64,000 nt of DNA. It comes from Monocercomonoides exilis PA203. Taxonomy: Eukaryota; Protista; Preaxostyla. The notes below the pieces were generated by a model. It had not been told where the DNA came from. It searched no databases and saw only the letters and a program-made list of their open reading frames with translations. Positions 1 to 12,979 of this stretch are shown here, piece after piece. Every line of letters starts with the position of its first letter. Within the stretch, counting starts at the first letter, position 1. The stretch covers positions 310,001-374,000 of the forward strand of contig LSRY02000036.1 of NCBI GenBank assembly GCA_001643675.2, read 5' to 3'. The translations under genes were made by a program, and so were the position numbers.

Positions 1-1443
1 TGTCGCTGTGATTGGTCCTTGCAGACAATAAATGTGATTCAGAGCAAAGAAATGAAAAAAGATTCTCGTTTTATTTTGTGTAAGATCCCATCAAATATCA
101 CTTTTGGAACACCAAAATGTGCATCATTTTTGTCGAGTTTGAAAGTGAAGCAGAATATGTCGTTGCGTCTGGCTTCTCAAAAGCCTGCTGCGATTTACAG
201 AGCTTTGGCCTCTGAATTCGCAAGGCGTGGGCATCCAGTGATGGCTGCATGCTGCTTTGTTGCTTCAGATGAAATGGACAATGCAATCTTTTGCTTGTCA
301 CAGAGCGGCGAAATAGAGCTGGCGATATGCTTAGCGACAATTTTAAAAAAGCCGATTTCATCTTTGACAATAAATGCACTTATGATGAGATGCGAAAAGC
401 TTGGGTTGTGGGAAGAAGCACTAGAGATGGTTAAGAAATGCAGAACAAATGAGCTATCAAACAAAACGTGGGCGATGATCCTATGCGCCAGATATGGCAA
501 TATGCACAAACAAGATGAAACAGCTGCTTTTTACAAGAAAGCAAGCATTCACTCAATTGAAGAATATTCTCGTATTGCATCCATTGAAATTTCAGAGACT
601 TTACCCCACGATGATATTGTTACTGAGCTTCAACAAGAAGTTGGAGAGGAATTAGTTCCGCTTGTTGCATCTGTTCTTTCTCAGATGAATATGAAAGCAG
701 CACAGTTTGGATTGGATCTACTCAGAAAGCAATTTGCACAAGAGGAATGGGAGCTGAAAGCGCTTCAAAATATTCTCTTATGGCTTGGCTGTTCTGACAT
801 GTGCGCTGTTGATGAACAAATCAAAAAAGAACTTTTTATTTACTCTTGTTTGGTTGGTGCAATTACTGGGGATTGGAAAGGTTATGCACAGATTGTGCCA
901 CATCTGCTGGAGCAAGCTACAAAATGCTTGGTTGACAAGGAAATGAACATAGCTGTTGACAGTTCGTTATTCAAGTTGTTGAACATTTGCTATCCTTCGC
1001 AACAATCTGTTGCATCGTTGAAAAAAAAAGTGAATAACTCTGCTGAAGAAATAGGAAGATTGACAATTTCATCGCTCCCACTTTGCCAGTCTGGAGAGTC
1101 ACCAAACAGCACCTCCAGCACATCAGCAGAAGGCAGTTCACATGCAATTTACACGAAATGCTCACTTGCAGACATATTGACACGCTTGCAGAAGCAGCTG
1201 AATGAATGCAGCGAGAGCAATATTCACTCTTCTCTGCATCTACTGCCTCTTGGCTCGTGCATTCCTTCTGGAGGCACCCTGACAGCAGACGGCATCTCGT
1301 TCTTCACACAGCTTCCAATTGATGGACAGTGCTTCTGTTTGGAGGATGGATCAACTTTGATCTCATTGAGCGAAGCACTTATGTGGGCTTCTGTGAACCC
1401 TTTTTCACCACTTGGAACTGGGAAGAGAATAAATCCTTATTGA
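1..1443 (+). CDS. WDR17: WD repeat-containing protein 17, C-terminal exon (5' partial)
   Basis: Frame is open from base 1. The C-terminus LEDGSTLISLSEALMWASVNPFSPLGTGKRINPY* matches the characteristic WDR17 end (ALMWAKVNPFSPLGTG.RLNPF). Confidence 0.85.
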   Translation, partial: CRCDWSLQTINVIQSKEMKKDSRFILCKIPSNITFGTPKCASFLSSLKVKQNMSLRLASQKPAAIYRALASEFARRGHPVMAACCFVASDEMDNAIFCLSQSGEIELAICLATILKKPISSLTINALMMRCEKLGLWEEALEMVKKCRTNELSNKTWAMILCARYGNMHKQDETAAFYKKASIHSIEEYSRIASIEISETLPHDDIVTELQQEVGEELVPLVASVLSQMNMKAAQFGLDLLRKQFAQEEWELKALQNILLWLGCSDMCAVDEQIKKELFIYSCLVGAITGDWKGYAQIVPHLLEQATKCLVDKEMNIAVDSSLFKLLNICYPSQQSVASLKKKVNNSAEEIGRLTISSLPLCQSGESPNSTSSTSAEGSSHAIYTKCSLADILTRLQKQLNECSESNIHSSLHLLPLGSCIPSGGTLTADGISFFTQLPIDGQCFCLEDGSTLISLSEALMWASVNPFSPLGTGKRINPY

Positions 1444-1784
1444 ATTGGAAAAAAAATATTAGCAGTTATTATATATATTTATAGATATTATTTATTTATT
1501 TCCATATGGATGTACATTGTACTATAAACATTTAATTTTAGAAAATTTCAAATAACAACAAAATTTCGTTGATTTTTTAGCCAACTTTTTAATTCCTATA
1601 TGTAATGATTTTTTTTTCTGATTTCTTTGCACGCACAATTTCGAATGAAAGAATTAATATTAGTTGTCTGAAGTCTGCATTTGTGAATATCAGTTTAAAC
1701 AGTTTTTAGAAAAAATTATAAAATTTCTTTGTGTGATATCATGGGTTGATCACAAACAGTTTTTGCATTTTTTATCCAGATTGA

Positions 1785-4700
1785 ATGGATTTTTTTCAAC
1801 TACCATCGTTTCAGCTTAACCTCTCTGCAAAAATTGAACATGTGACGAGTGGAAGATGTATTCACTTTTTCTTTGATAAACTATTTCACTTTTTTTTATC
1901 ACATATAATTTTTCGAATACTGCTTTCTTTCTGGTGCTAACTTGTTTTTTAAATAGTTGAAGAGAATGCAACGTCACTTGTTTGCTCAACGGAAGGAGGA
2001 AAAGTTTTGATATACACTCCTCATACGACATTTGAAGAAAAGGTGTCTGATATTGCAGAGGGAAGTTCAGAACTGAGAACTTTGAGCATAAATGGAAAAG
2101 TTACGGGACTTATTTCTGGAAAGCTGAACAAAGATTTGTCTCATGATATTTTGGCCATCGGAATGGAAACAACTCTTCGAGCATACGATGTTGTTTTAAA
2201 TTCTGATACTTACTTTGTCACTGTGTGAAAATTTGATTTACACAAATTAACAACCGTTTTTTTTTCTAATTAAATGTAATTGCTATCTTGTGCGATTAAT
2301 TTAGATTCACGAAGGAGTTAATTGTATTTCTTTGCATTCTCAAGTTGAAGGAGACGAGCTTCAAATTTTTGCTGCTGGCAATGGAGCTGTGCGAGTATGA
2401 TGTCGACCTTTACAACGATTGGAAAAGTTTTAATATTGCTGCATTTCATACCAAAAATTTTAGGGATATAATAAACTTGGTGAAGAATCTGCTTGGCTTC
2501 TTTCAGGAGAAGATGTTGTCTCTATGTGCAGCTACAATGCAGAGGTTTGCCAAAATATCAGGCACTCTGGCATTTTTAATTTTTTAAATTGAATAAATAA
2601 TACTTGCTTTTTGTTTAGAACGGTGATCATGGACTTCTAGTTGCAACAGCAAACAGCCGTGTACAATTCTTCAAGAGAGACGAAATGTCTTTTGCTATTT
2701 CTGAGACAGACGATGTGTGCACTTTTATTATTTCCTTCTCTCTTCTTGAAATACTTTTATTTCTTTTGTTACGAAACACACAAATTGATTTATTTCTAAA
2801 TATTAAAAAAACAAATAATTTCTTTTGAATTCCTTATTTTAACATTTATTTATATATTTATTCATTCATTTATTCATTTAATTATTTGCAGGTCTGTGCG
2901 ATGGTTTCATTGGCCCGTGGTTATTTCGGGTTTCAAATAGGAGAAAACACAGCTGGCGTTTATCACGACTCGCTTCAGATGTGGAGACACACGTATCCAT
3001 CGCCCATCACTGCAATTGCTTCCTTTGATTGCGATAACGATGGCGAAAATGAGCTTATCATTGCACTTCAGGATGGAACTTTGGAGGTACTTTGAATTTT
3101 GAGTTATATATTTTATTTTATTTTATTTATTTAAAAAATAAAAATAATAAATCTTTTTTAAAAACTTATATGCATTTAAACATAAATTTCCCATTTGTTT
3201 GCACAAATAGGCACGACGCGGTCTCACAGGCGAAGTGCTCTCAGCAGGCAAAATTGAAGATGGAAGTGTTGTTGCAATGACGAAATGGGAGACTGTGATT
3301 GGCGAAAAGCCTCGTCTCGCAATTTGCACACGCAATGGTCTTGTAAAGTCTGTCTTTGTTCTTTTTTTTTGAATATTTAATAGAAGTTTTATTTTTTTTT
3401 TTAACATTAAATAACAAATAAAATTGCTTTCTAATACAACATTAAATCATTTGATTGTTCATCCAAATTTCTTTTGATGACCCTTCTTGTTAATCCTTCA
3501 CTTCCTTCACATTCACACTCCACATCTCAGAGGATACAAGCCATCCACAATTGCGCTTCCAGACATTCCGCCAGTGGTGAAGCAGGCGCTCACGCTCAGC
3601 AACGACGACGAAGAGAGCATCGGACACATCGCGTTGGACAGCACTGTCGCTGAAATGGCTGAGTTTCTGTCCAGCAAAAAGGCATCGCTCGAGAAGCAGA
3701 TTGCAGAAATGGAGGAGATTGTGAAGGCGACGAAGAAGAAGACGTACGAAGAGGCTAATGCAATCCCCGCGAAGACAACGATCAGACTGTTCTGCAAGAC
3801 GAACGAAAGCACAAAGCAGCTGGAGGCGCATTGCTCAACCAACAACGACGTGACCATCAGAGGGCTCATTCTGTTTTCAGATATTTTGTATCCACAAGGA
3901 TCGTATTTCAAGTGTGGCTGATATTTCAAATTTGAAAAAAGTTGATTATTATGCATTTATCATTGGATTGTCAACAACGAACTTTTTTTACTAATTTACT
4001 TGTTGAATGATCAAAAATAAATTTTTTGCATTTTTCTTTAATAAAAACAAAGATATTGTGATCCGCCACAGCAGAATGTCCATCTCTCCATCATGCCTCC
4101 GAAATGCAAGCCACTCACGATAACAGCGAAAGTAATTGCAGGAAACAGAAGCAGCGATATGTACCATGTGTTTGATGCGACACTGACGATGAAGCGATTT
4201 CCGCTGCATGTTTGTGTGAATGAGACATTTCCGCTGGATTCATATGTCCAGTTTGTGCTGATGGACAGAATAGAAAGAGTGTGTTATCCAAACAAAACTA
4301 TATTTTATTTATTAATTAAAAATTCATCCATTTATTTATTGTTCATTTTTATTCCTCCTTCTTTTTGAATGTATATGTAAATTTCTCATTTTTCTCATGA
4401 AATTACTTTTATTTTATAAATCTCTATTTGAACAACAACATTGGATTTAGGTTGCTCTGTGGTTAGGAACAGCTTTTCCTTTGGTTGTTAAAGAGACCAA
4501 AATAACAGAAATGAATGTGAACTTCAGGTGTTTCGGTGATGCAAACGATCCTCTTTCAATTGCTGCATTTAATAATCCAACAGGCGGAATAAGAGTGTGC
4601 TTCAATAATTCTTTGCTCAAATAATACAAAATTTTATATCTATTCAATTATTAAATGTCAAATCAATAAATCATATTGGATAATTCTATAACTTTATTTC

Positions 4701-5533
4701 AAAAATTTACCGATTATTTTTTTTCAACTTCAAATTATCCAACCAACAATCTGTGTTCCTTCAGGTGATGATCTACGGCATGTCAATGGAGACTGTGTCT
4801 GAAGTAGCTCAGGACATGTTCGATTACTTCAAAGTGACTGAAATGGAAAGCTTGGCTTATTTCCCCAAAGAAATGGAAGCGTTCAAGGCAACGCTTCGCC
4901 GTGTGGTTGATCTAAACCATCTTCGAATGCAACTTACGGCAGACATAGCAGAACGCACAAGCAGTGCAAAAGTTGCGATTGTCAAGGCAGAAGATGCAAG
5001 GCTCATTGGAGATATGTATGCGAATGCATTTTTGTATATTTTTATTGAAGTATTTTATATTTTCATTCGCTTTCTTTCTTTCTTTCTTTATGTCTGTCAT
5101 TCTTACTATCTCATTTTATGCTTTGAATTTGTATTTTTTATGATTTCTTCTTCTTTTCTCGAAGGGTTTCAATGAAAGAATGGCTGGGAAATCTTGACAC
5201 TGAAAACAAGGAGCTGTTGAAAGGCTATTTGATTAGAAAGAAAAACCACGAAGAACTTCTTGTTTGCTTGAAAGAGGTCAACAAAGTCATACAATTTGCT
5301 TCTCGTTTTAGAAGTTTGTCAATCAATTCAAAACATATTAGATATTATAATTATAATTTTTTAATAACCTTTTCTTATGTTTCCATATTAACATTTTTAT
5401 TAATTTCTTATCATTTTTATCAGGAGGCAAAGCTCAACAGAGAGTCATTACTGAGAGCAGATTGGCGATTAAGGAAAACAGACTCGAAGCGTTAAACAAG
5501 ATTGTGGAAACTGGCTCCTCACAAGCTCGTTAA
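1785..5533 (+). CDS. BBS2: Bardet-Biedl syndrome 2 protein (BBSome subunit), multi-exon
   Basis: Manual splicing gives MDFFQLPSFQLNL..GGKVLIYTPH..DILAIGMETTLRAYDV..SFDCDNDGENELI..FPKEMEAF..VKAEDARLIGDM..RKKNHEELLVCLKEVNKVIQFASRFRRGK..TAA, colinear with BBS2 motifs. About a dozen GT-AG introns; the first is 1858-1956. Confidence 0.9.
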
Positions 5534-5873
5534 TGCTCCTTTTCACTTCTGTTAGATTTCATTTTATTTTTCACACGATTTACATTTTTTTTTTAAGTTT
5601 TAACTTGTAATTTATAAGCTTAGCTATTTCATTCAATTATTCATAACACAAACTTCACCATTTTCTCATTCACGTCAGAACAACCACTTTCGCTCCCTTT
5701 TCTCCCCATTTAAAAGCAATATTCTATCAGATTTGTTCCAGAAGATTTGAAATGAACAGACGAAGTTAATAAATACAAAGGATGCGAAAAAGTGAGGAAC
5801 AAGATTAACGTGTGAAAGAGAATTTGATAAAAATAATTAATAAAATATAATTAAGAAGTATAAAAGTTGAGTT

Positions 5874-7468
5874 TCAAGGATTGTGAAGAGCCACATCAAC
5901 ATATTGCTTCTTTGAGCCATCTGGCTGGAGAATGGTGCTGTAGCACACAACAACATCAGTTTCTGAGAAAAGAGAATTAAAGAAAAAATGAAAATCAATT
6001 GGAATAAATTGTTTTTATAAAATAATTTTAAATCATTTTTTATCAAAAACTTTTTTTCAATCGGAAAAATTATTTCAAACCAACAAGAGAAGGACAAATT
6101 TTAAGTGCCTGTCCCATTTTGTCCGCAGTAGCCTCAGAAAATGTATTTCCCCACATAAACAATGACTTGATGGTCTTGTTTATTTGAAGAGCTGCTGCAA
6201 GTGATGATAATCCAGCATCTTTGATGCTATTAAAACTAATATTCAAACTTTAAATTCACATTTGTTTTCAACAAAAAAAGGAAAAAAAAATATTCAAAAA
6301 GAAATAAGTTCATAGAGAGTCTTATGAAAAGTTTCATAAAAATTTGCATACTATTGTAATTGCGTATTGGTTTCAAGAGCCGAAGCTATCTCTCGGCATC
6401 CGTCATCTCCGATATGATTGGCAGAAAGATCTAGAAATTTCAAGGATTTACTAACATTTGGTTACAAAAATTGCAAATACAGAATCATAAAAAAATAATT
6501 GCAGCACACTTTATCTTGAGCATTTGTCCAATCATAAAACCACCTTGAACAGCTATTTGATTTCTAAATAATTATAATTAAAAATGAAAGCAAAATAAAG
6601 CAAAATAAATTAACATTTGCAGTCATACGCACGAAGTTTAAGAGATTCCAGTGTGTGGTTTCGCTTCAGTGCTTCTGTGAGATGTTCAAGATGACTATCA
6701 CGAATACTATTTTTAGATAAATCCAGAGAGCGCAGTGTCGTGTTAACTTGAAGCATAGAAGCAAAATGTACAACAGTCTCTCCCCGAAGAGAAGTGAGGC
6801 GAGGATTTGAGAGACAAATTTCTTGCAAAGTTCTGTTTGTGATAAGAACAGTTGAAAATGCAATCATCGATTCAGCTCCAAGTTCACAATCAGACAAGTT
6901 TATGGAGAGTAAAGATGAATTCATTTGAAGCATTTCTGCAAGTTGCATTCCTCCTTCATTTCCAATTTCATTTCCAGAAACATCAAGATATTGAAGTGTA
7001 ACATTTGTTTTTAATCCATTTGTAATCACTGTCATTCCTTCTGTTTTAATTAAATTGTGAGAGAGATTCAAATATTTAAGATTTTCATGTTGCTTTTTAC
7101 ACAAAATTTGAAATCAAGCAATTTTACTAGAAAGGAAACAAACTTGAACAAATCTACTCAATGTTGTTGCCACTTCGTCTCCAATCCGATTATAACTTAA
7201 ATCTAATTTTTCAAGTGAAGGAATTTTCATGACCAATTCCAAAAGAGCAATGCATTGAATATTTGTAACTCGGTTATTAAACAGCGGCTTTGATTTTCCA
7301 ACCAAAAATATATCAATTATTTCTCTGTAAAAGGCAAAAAGAACACTTCTTTATATCTTTAAAAATCCGATAAACAAACTCTTCTACAGATAATTGCTCT
7401 TCAAGTGTTGGAATTAGCGGAGCTTCATATTCTTCAAATATTTTTTTATATTGTTCAACGATTGTCAT
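5874..7468 (-). CDS. LRRC34: Leucine-rich repeat protein, LRRC34-like (RNI-type LRR), multi-exon
   Basis: RNI-like repeats (LDLSYNRIGD, LDVSGNEIGNEGGMQLAEMLQMNSSL, DCELGAESMIAFSTVL, SLFMWGNTF) in LRRC34 order. ATG at 7468; last exon ETDVVVC..HNP* ends at 5874. Confidence 0.7.
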
Positions 7469-7776
7469 TTTTTCATTATGGTATATGATCTTTTCAATCA
7501 AAAATTCAATCCAAAAATAAACAAAAGATTTTCTGTACATACTTCTGAATATTGTACATTTAAAAACGCATTGAGTTTTTTTTTTGTTCTCAATATCACA
7601 AACCAATGTATAAAATCCTAATCAATAAAAACACTGCATCAAAAATAACAAAGATGCAAAAGCAGCACTTTGGTGTTATGAAATACAAATACAACGATTT
7701 CACATAAAAAAGCAAACAAGAATGGTTACTTATAAAAAGGAAAAAAATAAATAATCAAAAAGATGTTACATATTAT

Positions 7777-10700
7777 TTATTGCTCTTTCTCTTTTGATGA
7801 CTGCGATTTAGATTTTTCATTTTGCATAGTCTTCTTCATTCTATCAGCACCCATCGCAGCAGCCATCTTAAATTTGTTCAATTTCCCGGATTTCATCATG
7901 AAGGCCGACTTTCTCGCAGAAACTGAATAAGCAGAAGACATGAATTTCTCTTCAACTGGAGCTGAGCTAGATTTGAACATAGGTCCTCTAACGCCTTTCT
8001 GTTTAGCTATTGCGAGCTGAGCAACTTCTTGCATTGTCAACTTTCCAGGAACAAATCCCATTGGAACATATTCATTCATTGGTGGAGCTGGAGCATCCAT
8101 TCCACTCAATGCAGCTTTAGCTGATTCTTCATCGGCTTTGCTTTCTGTTGAAGCAGAAGCAGAAGCAGTAGCAGGCTTTGGAGGAGCAGGCACTTTAATT
8201 TGGCATCCCTTTGGTGCACCACCATTCAAGGTGTATGTGCCTGCAGGAACACCTGGATCTGGCTTGATCTCGATTTCTCCATGGAATGGCTCCTCAGTAC
8301 GGAACAAGAGGCGAACAAGAAACTGCACAGGCAGAATTCCGAAGCCGATGGCGATCGACAGCTTCCACAGGCGAGCGCTGATTGGAATGATACCGAAGAT
8401 AAATGGAAGAGGCTCAATGGTCATGATGGCGTATTGGAGCACAGCTGTTGCAATCATAATCAGCATGAAGTTGGATGATTCAAAGATACGGTCAAAGAAG
8501 TTGAGCTCATTGTAGCAACGACGTGAGGCAATCTCATTGAACACTTGCATCCAAATGAACATGTTGAACACAAATGAGAAGTGCTCTTTCGAGAACACAC
8601 GAACAGATGGATCCAGCAAGAATTCTCTGCAAACACCGTGTGGGAAGAGCAAGTGGCTGCACTCAATGACATCTCCTTCTTTCAGCGGGCATGGCACAGT
8701 TGGATCAACAGCTCCCCAGGCGAAGAGGCACACAAGAAGAGCAGCAAGCTGGTAGATGACACCAGTGATGATGTTTCTCCACATTGATGCGCAGATGATT
8801 TCGTCGCTCTTTCCATATGGCTTTCTCTTCAGCAGCTTCTCAGTTGGTGATTCAGTGGCAAGAGCCAAAGCAGCCAATGTGTCCATAATCAGGTTCACCC
8901 ACAGCATCTGCACCGCTTTCAGAGGAGTGATGGCAAACACTGCTCCAATGACATTAATAGCAATAGCAACAAGATTGACAGTAAGCTGGAATTGGATGAA
9001 CTTTCTGATGGAATCATATACATTTCTTCCCCACATCGCAGCCTTCACAATTGATGCGAAGTTGTCATCAGTGATGATAATAGCAGAAGCATCCTTTGCA
9101 ACTTCAGTTCCAGTGATTCCCATTGCAAATCCGACATCTGATTTTGACAGAGCTGGTGCATCATTTGTTCCATCTCCAGTAACAGCCACAACATGTCCCA
9201 TTTCCTGCAGTGCGCTCACAAGAGTGTGCTTGTCAATGGGGGATGAGCGAGCCATCACCTGAAGTCTTGGAATCAGTCTCTGTCTGTCTTCTGGGCTCAG
9301 GGCACGGAACACTGGTCCTTCAATTGCAATACCGTTCTTTGGATCGAAAATGCCTGCTTCTTCAGCAATGTGCTTAGCAGTCTCGATGTTGTCACCAGTA
9401 ACCATTCTGACAACAACATGTGCATCGTGGCAGCGTTCAATGGCTTGGACAACTTCAGCACGAAGTGGATCTTTGATTCCAGTGATGCCAATCAGAGTCA
9501 GTCCAAATTCTGGTGGTGCGTTGTCTGGGTAGAGCTCGCCATTTGGTCCTTCTGGTTTAACTTGGCTCTTTGGAACATCTTTGTAACTGATGGCGATTGT
9601 GCGGAGACCGGATGAGGCCATTTTTTGGATGGTTGTGTTGATTTTCTCGCGAAGTTTGCTGTCAACCGGCACTTCAGTTGGCTTTCCGTTTTCTCCAACA
9701 ACGATCATCTTTGTGCAGAGAGCAGAGACAATCTCGCTTGCTCCCTTTGTAAACACACGGTAGTTATCTTTTTTGTCGGTGATGACTGTCATTCTCTTCT
9801 TTTCAGACGAGAATGGGAAAGCTTGAACTGTTGTATTATCAGCTCTAATCTGGTCATAATCGAATCCGAGCTGTCTTGCAAAGAGAAGCATAGCACATTC
9901 AGTCACATTGCCTAAATACTGAACATTGTTGCCTTCTCCTTTCAAGTTTGCTGATGAGTTCATTGAAATAGCTTCGCACAGAAGGTCCAGATATTTATGA
10001 GGAAGTCCTCCCTTCGAAGACGAAGAAGCTGAATTTCCAGATGACTTGCTGGCAGCTGACCCGCCTCCCAAGTCATTGACTTTTGTGAAGTGCTCTCCGT
10101 TGAAGAATCCCTGTGCAACAGTCATTCTGTTTTCTGTCAATGTTCCGGTCTTATCTGAGCAGATGGTTGTGGCACCACCCATGGTCTCACAAGATTCCAG
10201 ACGTCTTACCAAGTTGTTATCTGTAAGCATCTTCTTCATTGAATACGCCAATGAAATTGTCACGGCAAGTGGAAGTCCCTCAGGAACAGCCACCACGACA
10301 ATTGTCACAGCAACAATGAAGTATTCAACCAAAACTTTGAGATATTTTCCATGATCCCACAGATCTCTGTCCTTGTATAATGCAATTCCCCAGAATGAGA
10401 TCAGCAAAATAAGGGTCACGATAGCAGCATAAATTCCAATGTTTCCGATTTTGTCAGAAAGCTCCGAGAGTTTCTTTTGGAGAGGTGTATCTTCTCGTGC
10501 CTGTGCATTCTCCAAAATTGTACGCTTAATTTTTCCAAACTGAGTATCCAATCCAACGGCAACAACGACCATTTTACCCATACCATTTTGAACTTTGCAT
10601 CCGCACAAAAGGAATGGGCAATTTGTTGGATCCTTTTTAATTAAATCGGACTCTCCAGTCATTGGGGCTTCGTTGCATTGGATGTCGCTTGATTCAATGC

Positions 10701-11336
10701 AAAGCCCATCAGCTGGAAGAATTTCTCCAGTTTGGACAACGAAAATATCTCCAACTTGCAAATCGAATATTGAAGTTTTGATTGTTTCTCCATCACGAAT
10801 CACAAGAAGAGTTCTGTCCTTTTGGCGTTCGTTTAATTTTTGGAATTGCTTCTCTTGAGACCATGTGTTGATTGACGAAACAAGAGTAACGACAACAACA
10901 GTCATCAAAATTGCAACACCGTCAATCCATCCCATCTCATCCTCGCTCTCAAAGAAGACTGAAACAACGAGTGAGATTACTGCCAAAACCATCAAAATGA
11001 TAAGTGTTTTATCGTTGAAGGCCTCCAACCACATTTTGATCCATGGCTTTGATTTTGGTTGCGGGAATTGATTCTTTCCATATCTATAAAAAAGTCAAAT
11101 AGTTCGTTTTTTTAAAAACAATTTCAAGCATTTCTTTACAATTTAAAATTCTAGAAAAATAGTACACACTTTTCCTCTCGAATATTGAAGTCTGCTTTAT
11201 CTTGGGACAATCCATTTGGAGATGTGTGCAATTGTTTCATGATGTTCTCAAGACCTCCGCACTCTTCAATTGCGCCCATCCCCTTCTCGTCCATAATATG
11301 CAACAGCTTTTCCTTTTCGATCCAAGTTCCTGACAT
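7777..11336 (-). CDS. P-type IIB (PMCA-type) Ca2+-transporting ATPase; one intron at 11084-11169
   Basis: TGES, VVAVPEGLPLAVT, CSDKTGTLT, KGASE, VTGDGTNDAPAL and MLWVNLIMDTLAALALATE motifs. Exon 1 (MSGTWIEK..REEK) splices in frame to YGKNQFP. Confidence 0.95.
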
Positions 11337-11668
11337 AGATGAAGTTTTAACTTTATCGAAATGTCAACAGGGGATTAAAGCGATCTAAAATATTGATTCA
11401 AGCAAATATGGAACAGATCAATTAATTGTTTTAAATCACAGAAATGAAGCAACTGCAAATCATTTTAAAAATGAAGTTTTGTTAATATTATGAAAAATAC
11501 ATTTATAAATTCTCACCATTTTACTGGAATCATTACAAGATCAGTAAATTTTCATGAATTACATTTTTTATTTAAACATAATTCTCAGTTCGTATAGATG
11601 AAAATGTTGATGTGATGTATTGAAAAAAGGGATAAGAAAAAAGAAGAAGTGGAAAATTAACTCGATAA

Positions 11669-12940
11669 CTATTGAAGATCTCCAACAGGTTCAATTTTAT
11701 CATTGAATGGCTTGTTGATTGTAACAGTCTCGTGATGAGTTGCGAAATCGAAAACTATTTCTTTCATAATTTCTGAAACAATTAAGCAAATTATAAAAAT
11801 AATAATAAATTAAAAGAAAGAATATATAAAGCAATTTAGAAATTAAAATTATTCATAGTTTATAATTTCAATAAATATTTATTAAGAAAACGTAAAGAAA
11901 AAAAAATCAAACCCGTTTCGCCTTTCTTCACTGTCATAAGGCCAGGAATCTTTTCTTGCCGAGGTGAAGGCTTAAGACAATGGTGATGTTGCTCGGTTAT
12001 TCCATATGGAGGTTCCGGAATCTTTCTTATCACAACATAATCGACAAAGAAGCCACTTCCCTCATCGTTAATGATACCTGCAGTAATAGCCTCTTTCGCT
12101 AACTCAACAGCCTCTTCCTCTGTCATTCCCTCGTGATACTTTGATTCAATCACCCCCATTGCTGCATATGAACCAGATCCCTCACTTAAAGATGTGAAAA
12201 TTTGAATTGTTAAAGAATTTGAACAACACAAACACAGCGAAATTAACTTTATCAACGCTCCCATGAGCAGCAATACAATATAAATGGGCTCCTGTATAAT
12301 CACATCCTCCAAGAACAAAGTAAACTCCAAGATGTCCTTGATACCTGAAATATATCGCATCAACAACGAAATAATTAAAATCACAAGCATAAAAGAGAAA
12401 GACATAAAAAAATTTTTTTTGATATTATAAATATTTCCAAACGGGAATAAATGACGTTTAATTTGAACAACAGCTGTCTCCACACGGCTTGGTCGTCGCA
12501 TGTTAAGTTCAAGCAATCTCAATTGGGAAGAAATCAATTGAGCAACTAAATGAATAATTAAATTTTTACAAAAATAAAAGTCACTGAATATATTTCTTGC
12601 TAAACAACATACCATGCTCATTATCAGTAGCTGTACCTGCCCCTCCACAATAAATAGTTGGAGTGAGATAATGAAGCTTGAAAATCGATTTATCCATCAC
12701 CATATGATCTGCAGTCGCACGGGTATCACCTGCTAAAACAACGCCACCCTTTTCATGATGACAATTTAAATCATGCAAACGGTTGCAAAGAGCAAAAAAA
12801 AAATATGAATCGGGAAATTATCTCACAAAAGTTAACAAATTTCACACATCAAAAACAATTCCACATATTGTAGTCCCTGTTTTCCTCGTGCCTTTTAATG
12901 TTTTTACGATATCAGTAGAGCTGTGTGTTGAATTTGACAT
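11669..12940 (-). CDS. PSMB7: 20S proteasome subunit beta-2 (PSMB7/Pup1 type), multi-exon
   Basis: A 22-aa propeptide precedes KTG|TTICG. Also [41 protein letters not shown] and [13 protein letters not shown]. Five GT-AG introns; TAG at 11669-11671. Confidence 0.92.
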
Positions 12941-12979
12941 CGAAATAATATGATCTACCCATTACAAAATTTTATTTTC
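12941..12979. promoter_or_regulatory. 39-bp intergenic gap between divergent ATGs (candidate bidirectional promoter)
   Basis: Proteasome beta-2 ATG at 12940 (-) and importin-beta-like ATG at 12980 (+), both inferred by manual gene modelling. Confidence 0.5.
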
